Positions 9,565-19,281 of a stretch of 64,000 nucleotides of DNA are shown here, in pieces (the first letter of the stretch is position 1; the number at the start of each line of letters is the position of its first letter). Below the pieces are notes generated by a model, which ran no database searches, was not told the DNA's origin, and saw only the letters and a list, made by a program, of their open reading frames with translations. The position numbers were made by a program, and so were the translations under genes. This DNA is from a virus, in the IMG/VR virus record IMGVR_UViG_3300025127_006147, positions 130,482 through 194,481 of that record; one strand, given 5' to 3'.

Positions 9565-10668
9565 ATGAAATTACTTCATACAATACAAACCCTAGTAGAA
9601 CAGGAAGGACAACCTTTTTGGGTTAAACAAGCACTCGATAGTTGGGATTGGGATGACATTCACGACACTCTTAAACTATTTGGTGGTGACCTACATGAAT
9701 ATTACAAAGCTTTAGAGAGTAGAGGTTTCGGTGAAGACTTTTTAAATCAAATAACTCATTGGGAAGAATCTCCAAATTACTATATCACACAAGCTTTAGG
9801 TGGTAGAGACGCTTATAGGAGGGGTCTAATAGATGAAGACTTACTAGTAAAGTATGTAGTAGATAATATAGTAGAGAATGAGATTAGGGATTTAAAAAAA
9901 TACGAAACTGGTAAGATATACCTTACTTTAGACATGTATAGTAAACCTGATTTTTTTGAGAAAGATTCATATGACCGTATAAGTTGTGAGGAAACCGCAA
10001 GATTAGTATTTGAAGATACTTTGTGGGAAAATTGGGAGAATACGGATACCTGGACACCTAACCTAGATGGGTTACTTGAAAATTTATCACCACAAAATTA
10101 CAAAAAATTAATATCTAACATCTTAAATAATCACCAAACGTTAACTTGTTTCAGAGAAGAGTTTGAGTCTTGGGTAGAACAAGACAATATTGGTGAAGAT
10201 ACTTTTTATGTAGATGTTTCTAGAATGAATTGGTTTTTAAATGACCCAGATAGATATAATTTCGAAGTATTACTTGGTTGTGCGGAAGAGTTAGAGGATT
10301 ATGTAGATGAAATGAAACGAAGTTATCAAAGAGCTTATAATGATGAATTATTGTCGATTTACTACAATCAATACCATAAGGATTTAGAAAGGTTACTAGG
10401 TAAACCTGTAGGTAAAGATAAAACCTATGACTACAGAGGAAAAGAAAAAATTGAACTTGAGGCAGATGTTTATGAAGTTACAGATTTGGTAAATAAAATA
10501 TTAATTGAGGCCGCTTTAAGTGGAGAAGAACTACAATACTCGGAGTTTGGTGAAATATATAGAGATTTAAATAGTGGGGGTGGATTATGTCCAGGTCATT
10601 TTGATGACGTTTATGACGATGAAAAACTTTGGGAACAGTACAATGAACGATTTAGTGAGTATTTATAG
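9565..10668 (+). CDS. leader-tagged acidic hypothetical protein
   Basis: MKLLHTIQTLVE|Q leader. TATTTAT 9554-9560 overlaps the upstream ATG (9559), so 9565 is the preferred start. Confidence 0.7.
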   Translation: MKLLHTIQTLVEQEGQPFWVKQALDSWDWDDIHDTLKLFGGDLHEYYKALESRGFGEDFLNQITHWEESPNYYITQALGGRDAYRRGLIDEDLLVKYVVDNIVENEIRDLKKYETGKIYLTLDMYSKPDFFEKDSYDRISCEETARLVFEDTLWENWENTDTWTPNLDGLLENLSPQNYKKLISNILNNHQTLTCFREEFESWVEQDNIGEDTFYVDVSRMNWFLNDPDRYNFEVLLGCAEELEDYVDEMKRSYQRAYNDELLSIYYNQYHKDLERLLGKPVGKDKTYDYRGKEKIELEADVYEVTDLVNKILIEAALSGEELQYSEFGEIYRDLNSGGGLCPGHFDDVYDDEKLWEQYNERFSEYL

Positions 10669-10681
10669 TTAAAACAAAATT

Positions 10682-11518
10682 ATGGAACTCAAAAAGATTT
10701 ATTTAGAGAGTGAGGAGTATTATCATGACATAGTCCCTAAAAAGACAATATACTTACATCACACAGCTGGTAGTCACAGACCTGATTGGACTGTTGCTAA
10801 CTGGGAAAGAGACAAGACCAAAAGTGGTGGAGTAAGACACATCGCTACTGCTTATGTTATCGGTGGTAAATCAACCAGAGACGGTAATACTAAATGGGAT
10901 GGTACTGTCATAGAATGTCATCCACCAGAAAAGTGGGCACATCATCTGGGAATCAAAGCAAGAAACAATAGAACACTAAATAAAGAAAGTATTGGTTTAG
11001 AGATATGTAACTATGGTCCTATTAAAGTTAAAGATGGGGAGTATTTCAACTACGTTAATAGTAGGGTACCTAAAGAAGATGTTATTGATTTAGGATTCAC
11101 CTTTAAGGGTTACAGACACTACCATGCTTATACAGACGCACAAATAGAATCTACAAGACAACTTATACATTACCTAAGTGATAAATTTGATATTGATATT
11201 GCTAAAGGAATGAAAAGAATCATCAACAAATCTTTAAAGATGCCAGAAGATTTAGATTTACTAGGAAAACAAAAATGGTTAAACATTCAAGGATATCTAG
11301 GAGCTAACGGTAGGGTATTAGCGGAAGATGGTGTAGATGGAAGAAATACACAATACGCTGTAGATTCTTATCTTCATGACAAAAAAGGAGATGCTTTTGC
11401 ATTGAATAAACAAGCTTTAGTTGGAGCGGAAGGAGTATGGACACATACTAATGTAAGAAAAGATAAATTTGATTTATCCCCACAACCTAAGTTAATTGAA
11501 ATGTTAAGTGAATTATAA
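10682..11518 (+). CDS. N-acetylmuramoyl-L-alanine amidase (Amidase_2), endolysin candidate
   Basis: IYLHHTAG, HIATAYVIG, WAHHLG, SIGLEICN, THTNVRKDKFD; TATTTATA 10660-10667 upstream. Confidence 0.85.
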   Translation: MELKKIYLESEEYYHDIVPKKTIYLHHTAGSHRPDWTVANWERDKTKSGGVRHIATAYVIGGKSTRDGNTKWDGTVIECHPPEKWAHHLGIKARNNRTLNKESIGLEICNYGPIKVKDGEYFNYVNSRVPKEDVIDLGFTFKGYRHYHAYTDAQIESTRQLIHYLSDKFDIDIAKGMKRIINKSLKMPEDLDLLGKQKWLNIQGYLGANGRVLAEDGVDGRNTQYAVDSYLHDKKGDAFALNKQALVGAEGVWTHTNVRKDKFDLSPQPKLIEMLSEL

Positions 11519-11574
11519 ACCTTAAAGGTTTACGCTTAACATTTAGTTGTGTATAATTTATAAAAATATAAGTT

Positions 11575-11775
11575 ATGAAGATAATTACACACAAATTTAA
11601 AAGAACAGATAATGACATTGTATATCTAGTTAATCTAGTAGATGTCACTGGTCACCCTCTTGAGAGTTTAGTGGCAGAAAATAAAGATGAACGTACTAGT
11701 GTTGCAAACTCTTTAGCCATTAAACATAACATTAAAAATGTTTTACACAATCCAGGTTTTTCAATAGTATCATAA
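11575..11775 (+). CDS. hypothetical protein
   Basis: 66-aa ORF. Confidence 0.6.
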   Translation: MKIITHKFKRTDNDIVYLVNLVDVTGHPLESLVAENKDERTSVANSLAIKHNIKNVLHNPGFSIVS

Positions 11776-11951
11776 TGAAACAAGAATCATTAAATAAAAA
11801 AATAGATAGAGTTATTGAAAAATTAAGGATAGCACAATCTGAAAAAAATGAAAAATCTATTCAAGAGAGTATAAACGAGCTAAATAAGTTGTGGGAAGAA
11901 TCTAGTGTAGAGATGAAAAAAAATGCTCGTAAAGATGGTTTTGATGTTTAA
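11775..11951 (+). CDS. 58-aa coiled-coil hypothetical protein (not in ORF track)
   Basis: TAATG stop/start overlap at 11773-11777; MKQESLNKKIDRVIEKL...DGFDV*. Confidence 0.6.
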   Translation: MKQESLNKKIDRVIEKLRIAQSEKNEKSIQESINELNKLWEESSVEMKKNARKDGFDV

Positions 11952-11971
11952 GGCCATCCAAACAATTTTAA

Positions 11972-12193
11972 ATGGAAGAAAAACAAAAACTGAGAGACCT
12001 AGTTTCTCAAAAAGACAAAATCACCAAGGAGATAGAACAAATTCAAAACGAATGTTCTCATTCTGATAAACACATTAAGTTTATAAGTGATGACAAAGGA
12101 AGTACATCTAAACCGATGTGGGTCTGCAAAATATGTGAAAAAGTGTTAAACATACCCACACAACAAGAGATAGAGAATTGGATGAAAAAATAA
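11972..12193 (+). CDS. small protein with possible Zn-binding motif
   Basis: C.H...CKIC. Confidence 0.6.
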   Translation: MEEKQKLRDLVSQKDKITKEIEQIQNECSHSDKHIKFISDDKGSTSKPMWVCKICEKVLNIPTQQEIENWMKK

Positions 12194-12271
12194 TGTTGTA
12201 TTTTATTGGTTAAGTGTAAAAATTTTTTTAATTTTGTATAAATATTTATATTAACCTGACAATAACATTAT

Positions 12272-12460
12272 ATGCTAATAGTAAAAGTACAAAAAAACAA
12301 CATAGATAGAGCCATCAAACAGATGAGGAGAAAAGTAATTAATACACAACTCCTAAAAGAGTGTAGAAAAAGAAAACACTTTACCAAACCATCAATCATC
12401 CGAAGAGATGAAATTCAAAAAGCAAGTTACGTACAAAAAAAGTTTGGAGACGAAGATTAA
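12272..12460 (+). CDS. rpsU: ribosomal protein bS21
   Basis: MLIV.V...NIDRA.K..RRK...R.R.HF.KPS..RR..I.KA.Y, the Bacteroidota-type bS21 pattern; TATTTATA 12243-12250 upstream. Confidence 0.9.
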   Translation: MLIVKVQKNNIDRAIKQMRRKVINTQLLKECRKRKHFTKPSIIRRDEIQKASYVQKKFGDED

Positions 12461-15400
12461 GATTCAAACATGGTAGGACTTTGTACATAAGTTACAAAAT
12501 CCTCAAATGATTTAACATACCTTTCTTGATTCATACGACTGTCGTTTCCTACGTTCTCCCTTACCTCCACGTCAAAAACAATAGTTTCGTTCTCAGTATC
12601 TATTTTTCTAATACCCACTTTCCTATCTGGTTTATTGGGGTTACCATACTTTTTACTAAAGTTATATATACCCCAGTCATGAGATTCAAATTTTTCTTTC
12701 GTTAAATAATCATTAACCTTTTTTATAAAATCTTTTCTTCTTTCTATATCCACGTCATCTATTTTTTCTAAAAAGCTATCAATTTCAGATTCAACATTTT
12801 CTTCTGTTCCTTCTGACCACTCATATGTGTCATAATACACATCCTGAGGTTCAGTAGGGATGTAGTTGATTTGTTTATCTTGACTAAAGAGTGTATCTAA
12901 AGTACCACCCTCTGAAGGTAAGTTTTCACTAACAAGATAAAGTAAAGGTTCCCAACCTATATGTATTCTTACACTGTCTCCTCCTATATGGTCATATTCT
13001 AAAAATATTTCATTTTTGAAGAATTGTTTCATTTCTTCTACTCTACTTTCACCAACACCTTTACCTACTTCATATAATATATCTGGAGCAGCGTTGTCCC
13101 ATTCTGTAGGAAAGTACTTTTCAAAAAAGTCATTTATTTCCCCATCTTCAAATTGATGACACGGTCTATCTATAGGTTTGTCGGTACCCTCTATTAGATT
13201 CATTAACTCGGTTACTTTTCTCAATTGACTATCATTAAACCAACAAGACATATAATTTAATTCGTCATCATCTATCTCCTCATAATAATCACTATAACCA
13301 TAATCATGAGCTAAATTATAATAATATTCACCATCACCAATTACTAAAACGTTTTGTATCCAGTCATCTTTTTTTAAATAAACGTTAATTCCGTCAGGAA
13401 CAATCTCTATTTCATCTTCACCCCCTCGAGTGTAATAACTTTCCGTATAAGGTTCAAACTCACCATAATATTCTTCTAAATCTGCAGGGTCACCATTATT
13501 ATTAATTATATTGTATATAAGTTCACCCAATTTACTATGTTCTTTACCGTCCAATAAAACATCTTCATCAAATTCCATATTGTATTTAATTCTTTCAGGT
13601 AAACTATATTTTACATGAAAGAACTTTTGTAATTCTTTTTCTTGACTTAGGAGTTCTTTAAGATTTTCCACCATACCATTAGTATTATACATATACTTCT
13701 GACTCTTAGGTTCACGTAAAAAAGGAATTTTACCTCTATCTATAAGTAAAAGTTGGTTAGGGCCACCTATTCTAACAGGGGATGAATCTTTTTTAAATTC
13801 AATAATATAAGGAGTTCCCATACTTGCTTGACTCTGTAAAATTGTATTTAAGGACTCACAATATTTAGTGTTTGGTATATTACAAATACCATCTTTGTCA
13901 AGTGGTACATATATCCTGTAATCTTCGTTATCCAGGACCACCTTTTTACGTATGTTTACTTTATTATCTGTTTGTTCATATAAATCTTCACCTCTTCTAA
14001 AACCAGGTCTTAATATCCACTCGTCCGAACCTTCACCACCTACCATTGTGATTTCTGGACCGTCACCATCTATTGGCATTATGTTATAAATTCTCTTGTC
14101 ATAATTCGGTAAACCCGATTTTGGCACTTTGGGATGATACCGAACACCAAAATTCCATCCAGTAACTACGTATGGTTTGAATAACTCCATGTGTTTAGAT
14201 GAACCAAGAGATTTGTGGATTATTATAATTTCATCACCCACATCTAATGTCATGTTTTTTTTTAAATCTTTAGATTCTTGTAAAGACTCTTTACCATACC
14301 TTTCTGTAATATCTTTTAAAAGTATATCATAAAGTTGTTCTCCTTCTTCATTACTTAACCCATGTCTTAGTTTTGTATTCTCTACAGAACCTCTAATGAC
14401 TTCCTCGAAGGACCTACCTTGTTTTATTCTTCTTGCGTTAAGACCAGAAGTCTGTGCATCGATTTCATGGTCTTGAGTATAATATGGTAAACCTTTTAAA
14501 TCTTCTTCAGTTTCTCCAGGGTGAGTACCCATAACTTCTTGTTCCGCATGTCTAATTTCATGCCTAATATATTCAGTTAAGTAATCTTCTATATGTGTAT
14601 AACTTTCAGGTTCCATAAGTGGATTGATAATTAAACCAATCTCTATTGTATCATCACCAGCGTAATAAGCATCTATATTAAATTCATCTTCTATCTCTTC
14701 ATCTCTACCAAGAGTTAGTTCTAAGGTGAATGAATAATTTTCTATTGCATAAAGCATTTCATCTGGTCTTAGGTCTTCAGGTAAAAAGTAAGTCTTAGTT
14801 TCTGGTTCAGTAACTGTGTCCTTAACAACTTTCATAACGTCATCAACCATCATTAAAGTTTCATTATAAAAATCAGTTTGTTCGTTTAAGTTATCTCTAC
14901 CTCTATCTAATGATTTTAATTTACCACCTAATTTCTTTATTATATGATTAAACACATTTTTAAATCCTATTATGCCCACACCTACAAGAACACTTTTTAA
15001 GTAACCTGTGGGTGAACCAGGATGTATGAGACCCTGATTTATTAAGAAAAGTAAACCATCTAATATAGGGAAAGCTAAAAATGTAAAAGCTACTACATCA
15101 GCTAATGAGTTAGCTGTATAACCTAAGGATTCACCTATTTTAATCGCTATATCTTCAACCGATTTTAAGAAATCTAAAACTACAGACAGTCCTTTAGTAA
15201 GTCCTTTTTCTCTTATAATATCCATAAGTTTTTGAACTTTATCTTTATGTCTCCCCACCAAAATCCACATAGCTGTTATGTACAGTAAGATTACATCTTG
15301 TTCAGTTAAAGTAGGCATTGTTCCCGACATTAACTCTTTAACCGCGGGTAACATAGCTGTAATACCAGTTCCGAAAGTAAAGGTACCATCTATAACATCA

Positions 15401-15501
15401 CCCAAATCCATTAAGGTTTTTTTAACTACAGAATCTTTTTCCTCTATCTTTTCTAAAATTAATCCTTTTTGATTAACACTATTGATTAAACTGATATTCA
15501 T
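12457..15501 (-). CDS. 1014-aa putative polyprotein: hydrophobic helical module / HExxH Zn-peptidase-like module / GD-W repeat / degenerate WCT plus acidic module
   Basis: Leader GLILE|K; junctions LNE|Q 14878-14889, LQE|S 14272-14283, LYE|Q 13972-13983; HEIRH...HEIDAQ; TATTTAT 15518-15524 (minus). Confidence 0.75.
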   Translation of the reverse strand: MNISLINSVNQKGLILEKIEEKDSVVKKTLMDLGDVIDGTFTFGTGITAMLPAVKELMSGTMPTLTEQDVILLYITAMWILVGRHKDKVQKLMDIIREKGLTKGLSVVLDFLKSVEDIAIKIGESLGYTANSLADVVAFTFLAFPILDGLLFLINQGLIHPGSPTGYLKSVLVGVGIIGFKNVFNHIIKKLGGKLKSLDRGRDNLNEQTDFYNETLMMVDDVMKVVKDTVTEPETKTYFLPEDLRPDEMLYAIENYSFTLELTLGRDEEIEDEFNIDAYYAGDDTIEIGLIINPLMEPESYTHIEDYLTEYIRHEIRHAEQEVMGTHPGETEEDLKGLPYYTQDHEIDAQTSGLNARRIKQGRSFEEVIRGSVENTKLRHGLSNEEGEQLYDILLKDITERYGKESLQESKDLKKNMTLDVGDEIIIIHKSLGSSKHMELFKPYVVTGWNFGVRYHPKVPKSGLPNYDKRIYNIMPIDGDGPEITMVGGEGSDEWILRPGFRRGEDLYEQTDNKVNIRKKVVLDNEDYRIYVPLDKDGICNIPNTKYCESLNTILQSQASMGTPYIIEFKKDSSPVRIGGPNQLLLIDRGKIPFLREPKSQKYMYNTNGMVENLKELLSQEKELQKFFHVKYSLPERIKYNMEFDEDVLLDGKEHSKLGELIYNIINNNGDPADLEEYYGEFEPYTESYYTRGGEDEIEIVPDGINVYLKKDDWIQNVLVIGDGEYYYNLAHDYGYSDYYEEIDDDELNYMSCWFNDSQLRKVTELMNLIEGTDKPIDRPCHQFEDGEINDFFEKYFPTEWDNAAPDILYEVGKGVGESRVEEMKQFFKNEIFLEYDHIGGDSVRIHIGWEPLLYLVSENLPSEGGTLDTLFSQDKQINYIPTEPQDVYYDTYEWSEGTEENVESEIDSFLEKIDDVDIERRKDFIKKVNDYLTKEKFESHDWGIYNFSKKYGNPNKPDRKVGIRKIDTENETIVFDVEVRENVGNDSRMNQERYVKSFEDFVTYVQSPTMFES

Positions 15502-15547
15502 TTAATTTCTTTTACTAATAAATATAATCTTAAAACTATTTATGTAT

Positions 15548-15889
15548 ATGGAATTATCAATAAATAGAAAGACTATACCAATAGAAGTAATGGAGACTCC
15601 TAGTCAGAAGAGTTTAGGGATGATGGGTAGAAAAAAATTGAATGGTGGTATGTTATTTACTTTCCCAGAAATACAGGAACAATCTTTTTGGATGAAGAAC
15701 TGTCTAATTCCATTGGATATACTTATGTTGGTTGATAATAAAGTAACTAAAATTCATTCTAATTGTCCACCTTGTACTAGTAATCCTTGTAAACATTACC
15801 AAGGAATTGGTAACAAAGTTTTAGAATTGAATGGAGGTGAGTGTAAAAAGTTAGGCATTAAAATAGGGGATGAGTTAGAATTTATCTAA
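15548..15889 (+). CDS. DUF192 family protein
   Basis: GMMGRKKL.GGMLF.F...Q.QSFWMKNCLIPLDI, VLELNGG; TATTTAT 15537-15543. Confidence 0.88.
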   Translation: MELSINRKTIPIEVMETPSQKSLGMMGRKKLNGGMLFTFPEIQEQSFWMKNCLIPLDILMLVDNKVTKIHSNCPPCTSNPCKHYQGIGNKVLELNGGECKKLGIKIGDELEFI

Positions 15890-17795
15890 GTTCCTTACCT
15901 ATTTTATTAAGTAATTCGTGAGCTAAACCAACATTTTCCATAGCTTTAACTACATCACTTTTCCCAATAACAGGAATCTTATCTAATAAACCTCTTAACT
16001 TATCTAAAATTCCAGGTACCTCATCTATAGCTAATCTTTCAAGACCTTGTTCACCTACAAAAGCTGCGAAGTCACTAATACCTGTTGGGTCAGGAGCCAG
16101 TTGAATTATTCTGGAAGTTAAATCCAAAAGGTCAGAAGTCACAGTAAACATTTCTTTTTCTATTGTTTTAAGGTCTTTAGCTGTAGGATTATTTTTAAAT
16201 TTATCTAGAGCTATTTCTAAATCAGTATTATGTTTTTTAACCTCATAAATATTTTTACCTATTAAGGCGACCATGACTGGCATACCTACCACACCTGTTG
16301 CTCCTATAGCTGCAGCACCCAAATCACCTAACGCGTCTGAAACAAAAGAAGTTTCTAAAAGAGTATTTTTTATATTATGTTTAATTTCATTAATAGAACT
16401 CTGTTCTATTTTTTCTTTAAGTTTTTCTACCATTTGTTTCTGTACCCATTTAACAAACTCTACATAACGAGTTGTTTGACCAGCTTGTTTTCGGTAAGAC
16501 CCTTGTGGATTTCTGGTAGCTCTTGAAAAGAAATTAAGTCCACTTACATTAGTTATACATTTATGTCCACCACTATTAGCCTGAATTACGTCCCAAGCAG
16601 ATACAGTTATATTATCTAAAATTTGTTTTTGTTCTTCACTTAAATTTTGCCATGGTGTGTCAATAATTTTTACAGCTTCACTGTAGTAAGGTGAGTTCAC
16701 GGGTGGCATGTTATTAAGTTTGTCTTTATATAAAGCAAACAAATCAGATGTTTTGAAACCTATACTACTTTCATCAGCTTTAGTCTCACCTATTCTTTTT
16801 ATTACTGAAACAGGTACTTGATTTTTCTTAAGTTGAGGTTCGATACCACCTAATACTTCTTGAGCTATATCAGCTAAGTTAATTCCCTTTAAAGCTCTGT
16901 CTTTCTTAAACGGGTTACATGACGCTTGTACCAATCCCATAGGCCAAGCTATAACTAAAAAGTCAGCATCTGGATATATTTTAAAAGGTGTATAACGGTC
17001 ATACGACCCTGGTTTAAAAAGACTACCTCCACCATATTGTACTATAATATTATCCTCTAAAGTTAGATTATCACTTTCTTCTTGTGATTTAATATATTCT
17101 TGTTGATTAACCTTCATTTGTTCTGGACTAGCAAAATTTCTATCTCCAGCTATCGAGTTAATGTTATGAAAAATATTCATTAGTGAAGGTGATGACCTAT
17201 CAACTAACGCTTCTAAGAATCCTGGTTTATTTTTGTAAGCTAATAATAACTTGTTTGTTAAAAGAGCTAACATCCATTTATTACTAGGAACAGTACCATT
17301 AGCGTCAAACTTTTTAATGTAATTCATAACATCGTCTGGAGTTAAACCGTGTTTTGCATAATCAGCACTATCTACAGTAGATATTCTCATCACATCATCA
17401 CTTGTAAAAATATCTTGGGGACTCACTATTTGTGAAAGAGTTTCCACGTTGGACCTAGCTCCTCTAAATTGAGTCGAAGTGTCTCCCTCAACACCCGATT
17501 GACTATCATGATGGTCAGTATGTATAGTGAACATAGGTTTACCATGAGCAAAATCTACCAAAACCTGCATTGTGTCTCCTTCAGCTTTAGGTTTAGCTAC
17601 AGAAAATTCTTTATCACCGTATTGAATAACATGAGTATCTACCACATCTATACCATACTTTTCTAAGTATTCTTTCATTGCTATTGCAGATACTACACCA
17701 TCTAAGTCCTGGTGAAAATAAATTTCAGCTTTAGGATATCTTTTAGCTATCTTATTAATATCCTGTATTCCACTTTCTTTAATTATCTTTTTCAT
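15882..17795 (-). CDS. leader-tagged DHH-family phosphoesterase plus a second C-terminal helical module
   Basis: MKKIIKE|S; FHQDLDG, VDF, TDHHD, SGGH; junction INE|I 16383-16394; TATTTAT 17801-17807 (minus). Confidence 0.75.
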   Translation of the reverse strand: MKKIIKESGIQDINKIAKRYPKAEIYFHQDLDGVVSAIAMKEYLEKYGIDVVDTHVIQYGDKEFSVAKPKAEGDTMQVLVDFAHGKPMFTIHTDHHDSQSGVEGDTSTQFRGARSNVETLSQIVSPQDIFTSDDVMRISTVDSADYAKHGLTPDDVMNYIKKFDANGTVPSNKWMLALLTNKLLLAYKNKPGFLEALVDRSSPSLMNIFHNINSIAGDRNFASPEQMKVNQQEYIKSQEESDNLTLEDNIIVQYGGGSLFKPGSYDRYTPFKIYPDADFLVIAWPMGLVQASCNPFKKDRALKGINLADIAQEVLGGIEPQLKKNQVPVSVIKRIGETKADESSIGFKTSDLFALYKDKLNNMPPVNSPYYSEAVKIIDTPWQNLSEEQKQILDNITVSAWDVIQANSGGHKCITNVSGLNFFSRATRNPQGSYRKQAGQTTRYVEFVKWVQKQMVEKLKEKIEQSSINEIKHNIKNTLLETSFVSDALGDLGAAAIGATGVVGMPVMVALIGKNIYEVKKHNTDLEIALDKFKNNPTAKDLKTIEKEMFTVTSDLLDLTSRIIQLAPDPTGISDFAAFVGEQGLERLAIDEVPGILDKLRGLLDKIPVIGKSDVVKAMENVGLAHELLNKIGKELR

Positions 17796-17811
17796 ATAAT
17801 ATAAATATTAA

Positions 17812-18429
17812 TTAGTTATCTACACAACCACCATCTCTACAAAATAAATCTGCGGTTTCGTTTTTTCTTTCAGGATGACCCCAATCTAAATCATTTCTAA
17901 TCCAAGATTGAGCACTTTTAAATTTACCAGTTTCAATTTTAGATATCCCTTGAGTCCTTATAAATGCAGAACAACCTAAGTTGTATGCAATATCTGACAT
18001 CGCTATATACATACTAGTAGTTAATTTTCTTTCATTATGGTCTTTATCAGTCGCACGATTTTGCCATCTTTTAATACAGTTAGCCGCTTCTTGGATATCA
18101 GGTTTACTTAATTTTTCTGCCTCACTAACACTCATCGTTTTGTTCATGTAAGTTTTAATAACAGCAGGGTCAGTGGTTCCCCACCCTATAGTTAAAGTAC
18201 CATATGTAGTTCCTCCAGTATACTTAGGAGGCATTTTCATCTTTTTGTGTTTATTATAAACCCACTTTACTTTATCATCATAAACATAAGGTATGTGGTT
18301 ACCTTTAACGTCCCCTTCATTTCTTCTTAAATAATCAAATATTGGTTGTCCCGCAGACTTTTTATTCCAGTCATAAAAATTAACGGACTCCTGTTCGATT
18401 AATAAAGTAAGTTGATTTATAAGTTTCAT
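17812..18429 (-). CDS. leader-tagged phage lysozyme (GH24-like)
   Basis: LLIE|Q leader; RRNEG..YVYDD..TLTIGWGT, SEAEKL, DIAYNLG; TATTTATA 18433-18440 (minus). Confidence 0.75.
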   Translation of the reverse strand: MKLINQLTLLIEQESVNFYDWNKKSAGQPIFDYLRRNEGDVKGNHIPYVYDDKVKWVYNKHKKMKMPPKYTGGTTYGTLTIGWGTTDPAVIKTYMNKTMSVSEAEKLSKPDIQEAANCIKRWQNRATDKDHNERKLTTSMYIAMSDIAYNLGCSAFIRTQGISKIETGKFKSAQSWIRNDLDWGHPERKNETADLFCRDGGCVDN

Positions 18430-18459
18430 ACCTATAAATACTATAATAAGTAATAATGA

Positions 18460-18678
18460 TTATTTTTCTACTTCTCTTTTTAGATACCAAAGAGCTTTCT
18501 CTAAATCTTGTTTAATGTCATCTTTTTTACCTGCACGTGAAATATATTTAACCACATTCCCCAGATTAAAATTTAAGTCCCATGCTTCAATAACTTTTAT
18601 AGCTTCATATAGGTTATCTTCTCCACCATAATGTTTTGGGTGATTTACCCAGTTACTTTGAGGTTTCTTCGTCATCAT
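18460..18678 (-). CDS. DUF3310 family protein
   Basis: VNHPKHY, IKVIEAW.LNFNLGNVVKYISRAGKK, DLEKALWYL. Confidence 0.88.
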   Translation of the reverse strand: MMTKKPQSNWVNHPKHYGGEDNLYEAIKVIEAWDLNFNLGNVVKYISRAGKKDDIKQDLEKALWYLKREVEK

Positions 18679-18979
18679 TTGATACTGACATTAATACATC
18701 TTTATATTCCTTTTCTAAGTCACCTATTAAATCTAAAACTCTATTAGTTAGGTCCTCTACCTTTTTAACATCTGTTTTAAGTACACTAATTAATTCTACT
18801 TTAGTTTCTATATCTCCAGGTAATACTAATACCTTATAACCAAATTGTTCAGAAAGACCCTTTGCAAAAGCTTGTAGTTCTTCTTGTGGAGGAACTCTTA
18901 ATAGTTGAACCACCAAAATAGGTTCATATTTTTCATTTAATAAATCTTCTAATTTAGACAGTAGTTTTTTCTCTTCCAT
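18653..18979 (-). CDS. hypothetical protein
   Basis: 108-aa ORF, overlap-coupled with neighbours. Confidence 0.7.
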   Translation of the reverse strand: MEEKKLLSKLEDLLNEKYEPILVVQLLRVPPQEELQAFAKGLSEQFGYKVLVLPGDIETKVELISVLKTDVKKVEDLTNRVLDLIGDLEKEYKDVLMSVSNDDEETSK

Positions 18980-19223
18980 TTTTTTCTTTTAATATTAATT
19001 CTGCAATTTTATTCCATTTTTCAGGTAAGTTTAATTTTTCACTCAATAATACATCAACAATTTCAGAAGATAAATCATCTTCGGTTATTAATGCGTCTGC
19101 TCCACCTATATACTTTTCTAAACCTAACAGACCTCGGTCCTCGTAAACTCGTATAATGTTATCTTTATTTAACCACCTTTTATGAAAACTCATATTTTTT
19201 TTAGATTTTATTTGTATTACCAA
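18954..19223 (-). CDS. hypothetical protein (start may be the internal MSFHKRWL)
   Basis: ORF in a minus-strand run. Confidence 0.6.
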   Translation of the reverse strand: MVIQIKSKKNMSFHKRWLNKDNIIRVYEDRGLLGLEKYIGGADALITEDDLSSEIVDVLLSEKLNLPEKWNKIAELILKEKNGREKTTV

Positions 19224-19241
19224 ATTAATTTATTATATTTG
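19211..19241 (+). promoter_or_regulatory. Bacteroidota-type promoter
   Basis: TTTG 19211-19214, TATATTTG 19234-19241. Confidence 0.7.
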
Positions 19242-19281
19242 TACTGTAATCATATTAATAAACACGAATAAATAAATAAAA

